The notes beneath the pieces were generated by a model. That model ran no database searches and was not told where the DNA came from. It was given only the letters and a program-made list of their open reading frames with translations. From a virus (Duplodnaviria > Caudoviricetes), in IMG/VR virus record IMGVR_UViG_3300021560_000040, positions 1 through 37,345 of that record: DNA of 37,345 nt; one strand, written 5' to 3'. Numbering within the stretch: the stretch's first letter is position 1; each line of letters opens with the position of its first letter. Below are positions 34,922 to 37,345 of the stretch, piece by piece. The position numbers and the translations under genes are program-made.

Positions 34922-35073
34922 GTTACCTCCAATTGTCAATGTTCTACAATCACGACTGGCGTTGTCCTTTCCGCCAGCCGGGTGTTTGTGTTTCCACCAA
35001 CGAGTGCATTGGGGAGAGGTAACAGAATCCCCAATGCACCCGTTGGTAGCAACACACCTATGCCGCTGCTACC
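34921..35073 (-). promoter_or_regulatory. Structured 5' leader of the AAA+ gene (three hairpins)
   Basis: Stems at 35045-35073, 34997-35046 (19 bp) and ~34951-34984; all show G-U pairs on the - strand. Confidence 0.6.
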
Positions 35074-35089
35074 TCACATTCAATTCACT

Positions 35090-35242
35090 TCACTCGAAGT
35101 CCTCCCAGTCCACCGCCGCCCAGACCGCGTTATCCGCCTCCTCCAATTCCTCCGCCCTCTTGTCCAGCTCGTCGTCACCCATCTCCTGCAATCGCAAAGT
35201 CCCGACGATTATCGACTGTAGAAAATCTCTGCCATTCGCCAT
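35090..35242 (-). CDS. 50-aa acidic protein
   Basis: TGATG coupling; MANGRDFLQSIIVG... Confidence 0.6.
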   Translation of the reverse strand: MANGRDFLQSIIVGTLRLQEMGDDELDKRAEELEEADNAVWAAVDWEDFE

Positions 35243-35466
35243 CACAGATACATCCCCGTTCCGCCGACGTGCTTGTGTAGAGGAATCACCTTTGCCATTC
35301 CCCCATCGCCATCGCCCTTCCCCTCCCCCTCCATCAGTCGCCTCTTCAACTGACACACGGCGCAGTCGCATTCCTCCTCGCCATCGCCATCCCCCATCCC
35401 TATCCCGTATATAATCTTAACTGCGTCCGCCGCCGTGAACGCATCCCGTTTCGTAATCACGCCCAT
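35242..35466 (-). CDS. Hypothetical protein (CDCAVC)
   Basis: 74 aa, coupled to neighbours. Confidence 0.55.
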   Translation of the reverse strand: MGVITKRDAFTAADAVKIIYGIGMGDGDGEEECDCAVCQLKRRLMEGEGKGDGDGGMAKVIPLHKHVGGTGMYL

Positions 35467-35651
35467 CTCGTGCAGTGCGTACTCAGCACTGCATACGCGT
35501 GCTCATCATCCATCATATACGTCATCATCGTCACAGTCGCCATCAGCGTCTCTGCCTTTGTCAACTGTTCTGTGATGTACGCGACTCGCTGTACCCTGTC
35601 CTCTGGGAGCTGGCTAATGTCCAACTCCCTGCCATGCCACTTCATCTCCAT
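35457..35651 (-). CDS. Hypothetical protein
   Basis: 64 aa, purine-rich SD. Confidence 0.6.
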   Translation of the reverse strand: MEMKWHGRELDISQLPEDRVQRVAYITEQLTKAETLMATVTMMTYMMDDEHAYAVLSTHCTRWA

Positions 35652-35707
35652 GTCCCTTCCTTTCCCTTGTCCTTGTCCTTGTCCTTATCCCCGTGTCCCC
35701 GTCTCTC

Positions 35708-35791
35708 CTACGGTGTCCACTTTCCTGTTGCCACCATCACCGCGCTGTAGATAAAGAACGCAACCAACACCACAGTCGCAATCCCCGTCAT
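35708..35791 (-). CDS. 27-aa membrane peptide MTGIATVVLVAFFIYSAVMVATGKWTP
   Basis: ATGA coupling, SD GAGGT, one hydrophobic helix. Confidence 0.5.
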   Translation of the reverse strand: MTGIATVVLVAFFIYSAVMVATGKWTP

Positions 35792-35985
35792 CGTTCTACC
35801 TCTACCTCGACGTACTCCACATCCTGCGGCCTTTCCACTGAGAACGTGTTGTCGTCCCAATGTACGACTACCTCAAATACGTCCTCGCCATCTGGAATGT
35901 TCACCACCGTCCCAAACTCGGCGATCCCCCATGCCACTTGGCTGACTCTGTCTCCCACCTGATACTTAACATCTGCTGCTTTCAT
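35788..35985 (-). CDS. Small SH3-like beta-barrel protein
   Basis: SD AAAGGA; YQVGDRV...GTVV...VVVHWD. Confidence 0.65.
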   Translation of the reverse strand: MKAADVKYQVGDRVSQVAWGIAEFGTVVNIPDGEDVFEVVVHWDDNTFSVERPQDVEYVEVEVER

Positions 35986-36097
35986 TGTGGTCCTTTCTCC
36001 ACCCCATGTTCTCAACGCAGGTAGCAATGTCCTCACACCACGCTGCTATCTACCTTGAGACTCACTTTGAGCGAGCGGCGACCCCGCCAGAAACGGG

Positions 36098-36141
36098 AAA
36101 AGCCCCGCCCGGAGCCGGTCCCCCGGTCCCCGAGCGGGGCT
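36098..36141 (-). terminator. Intrinsic terminator after the first early gene
   Basis: - strand AGCCCCGCTCGGGGACCGG / CCGGCTCCGGGCGGGGCT ending in a short T run. Confidence 0.6.
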
Positions 36142-36185
36142 GGCGGGCCGACCTGGCCCGCCCGCTCCCCGTGCGCTCCCCGTGG

Positions 36186-36824
36186 TTAGCTCACCCGCTG
36201 ACAGGCCACCACGGCCGTGTCTGCGTAGCCGTCCCCGTTCTGGCGGGCCACTTGCCCCGTTACCTTGAGCAGAATGCGCCACCCTGACGGCGTGACGTTG
36301 GCAAAGCCCTTCCGCAGCTGGCCTTGCACGTATTCGGCGCCCTTGCTCCGCACGGCGCCCTCCGTCAGACCCTTGTACTGGGTCCGGCCGATCACCTCCG
36401 GTGTCGTCAGCGATCCCGCCAACGTCACCTCAAGGTTTGGCGGGAGGTAGCCGACCTCCTGCGTCGCACCCGAGAGCGCGTCCGCCATCAGCAGACTGAC
36501 CACGTACTCGGTCACCTCCCGAAGCGTCACGTCAGCGGCGATTGCGACCCAGACCGCAGGTCGGGCCTCGCCACGGGCAGCGATTTCGCCCCGATTCGCC
36601 GGGCCGAACTTCGCCGCCAGCGTCGCCGCCCGCTCCGCAGCCGCTTCGGCCAGCTTCGCCACGGGCGTGGCCTCTGCCGCTTCCGTCCGCTTCGCAGCGT
36701 CCGCAGCGACCAGTTTCGCCGTCGTCTCCGGCAGCTCCACCGCTTCTCTCGCCGAATCGGCCGCAACCTGGGCCGTCCGACGCTCCGTCGTGTTAGTTGC
36801 ACTTGGCATGTCATGTCCTTCCAT
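36186..36824 (-). CDS. Ala-rich early protein (212 aa)
   Basis: SD GGGAGGTGA before ATG 36824; alternative start 36809. Confidence 0.7.
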   Translation of the reverse strand: MEGHDMPSATNTTERRTAQVAADSAREAVELPETTAKLVAADAAKRTEAAEATPVAKLAEAAAERAATLAAKFGPANRGEIAARGEARPAVWVAIAADVTLREVTEYVVSLLMADALSGATQEVGYLPPNLEVTLAGSLTTPEVIGRTQYKGLTEGAVRSKGAEYVQGQLRKGFANVTPSGWRILLKVTGQVARQNGDGYADTAVVACQRVS

Positions 36825-36963
36825 CTGCTCACCTCCCTTCTTGGAAGCGAGCCCCACGGCCGTGCACGTCACGGCCACCGCTGCCGCCGCTCACCAGGTC
36901 AACTGTCGCCAGGGCATACCTCGCCCCCGCTCCCGCCGACCCGCCTCGCTGCCACATGGTGGC

Positions 36964-36990
36964 AGCGTACCATATTGCACGTCATTGCAA
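36964..36990 (-). promoter_or_regulatory. Candidate leftward early promoter with overlapping palindrome
   Basis: - strand TTGCAA-N15-TACGCT with TGn extended -10; TTGCA-N6-TGCAA inverted repeat; spacer is short. Confidence 0.35.
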
Positions 36991-37036
36991 CTTCTCTCCG
37001 TGGTAATTCCGGCCACGCAGCGTGACGATCCACAAC

Positions 37037-37215
37037 TTATCCACAGGAAATCTCCGCCGACTAGTCACCCGTTGACCATCGCTGACCTGCGATGCTTCGA
37101 CCATCTAAGTCAAGATTCGATCAAGTGTTGCGCTACTTGTCGCGCCACCTTGTCACACGACGAGTGATGCGCGACTTGTTGCGCCACTTCCGGCTGACTA
37201 GTCAACCGTTGACTA
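37037..37215. repeat. Non-coding control region: DnaA-box match, 12-mer repeats, duplicated palindrome
   Basis: TTATCCACA 37037-37045; TGTYGCGCYACY at 37126, 37138, 37177; GACTAGTCAMCCGTTGAC at 37059 and 37196. Confidence 0.55.
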
Positions 37216-37345
37216 CTGGCGATTCCCGACTATTCCTATCAACTTACTAGGAATTAGTCCCAATGCCCCGTGCGATTAACCCAGTGGGGGTAGCGTAAGG
37301 TTCCGCTAACGGAGCAAAATTTGCCCCCTACCACCCGGTTTACAA

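Noticed and set aside
37273-37335. Possible structured RNA at the extreme right end (GGGGGTAG/TTGCCCCC with inner GTTCCG/CGGAGC)
   Set aside because: Short, G-U-dependent stems at the window edge; not enough support.

Overview
The window looks like a complete or near-complete ~37 kb genome of a high-GC tailed phage with podovirus-type architecture. An actinobacterial host is inferred, not shown. The left arm (+ strand, ~0.1-21.8 kb) carries terminase, a P22-like portal, scaffold, major capsid, decoration, tail/adaptor and Gln-rich/large ejection proteins, an XRE HTH, an amidase endolysin and a holin; no tape measure was found. A GATATC-rich non-coding block follows. The + strand DNA-metabolism module (22.2-29.2 kb) holds an RHH-like protein, a DinG/XPD-like helicase split into two genes, a PD-(D/E)xK nuclease, an AAA_24-like ATPase and an ERCC4-HhH nuclease. 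The right arm (- strand, 29.1-36.8 kb) has small early genes, two wHTH proteins and an AAA+ ATPase. No polymerase, primase, integrase or CRISPR array was recognised. The most unusual signals are: (1) two aberrant tRNA-like elements, one with a much-enlarged anticodon arm and one with none; (2) intergenic hairpins whose loops are complementary to the Shine-Dalgarno region of the next gene, with a shared 14-mer; (3) the split helicase with two genes inserted; (4) a candidate overprinted antisense gene; (5) a genome-wide C-rich + strand. All calls were made by eye from motifs and synteny; no database search or folding program was run.
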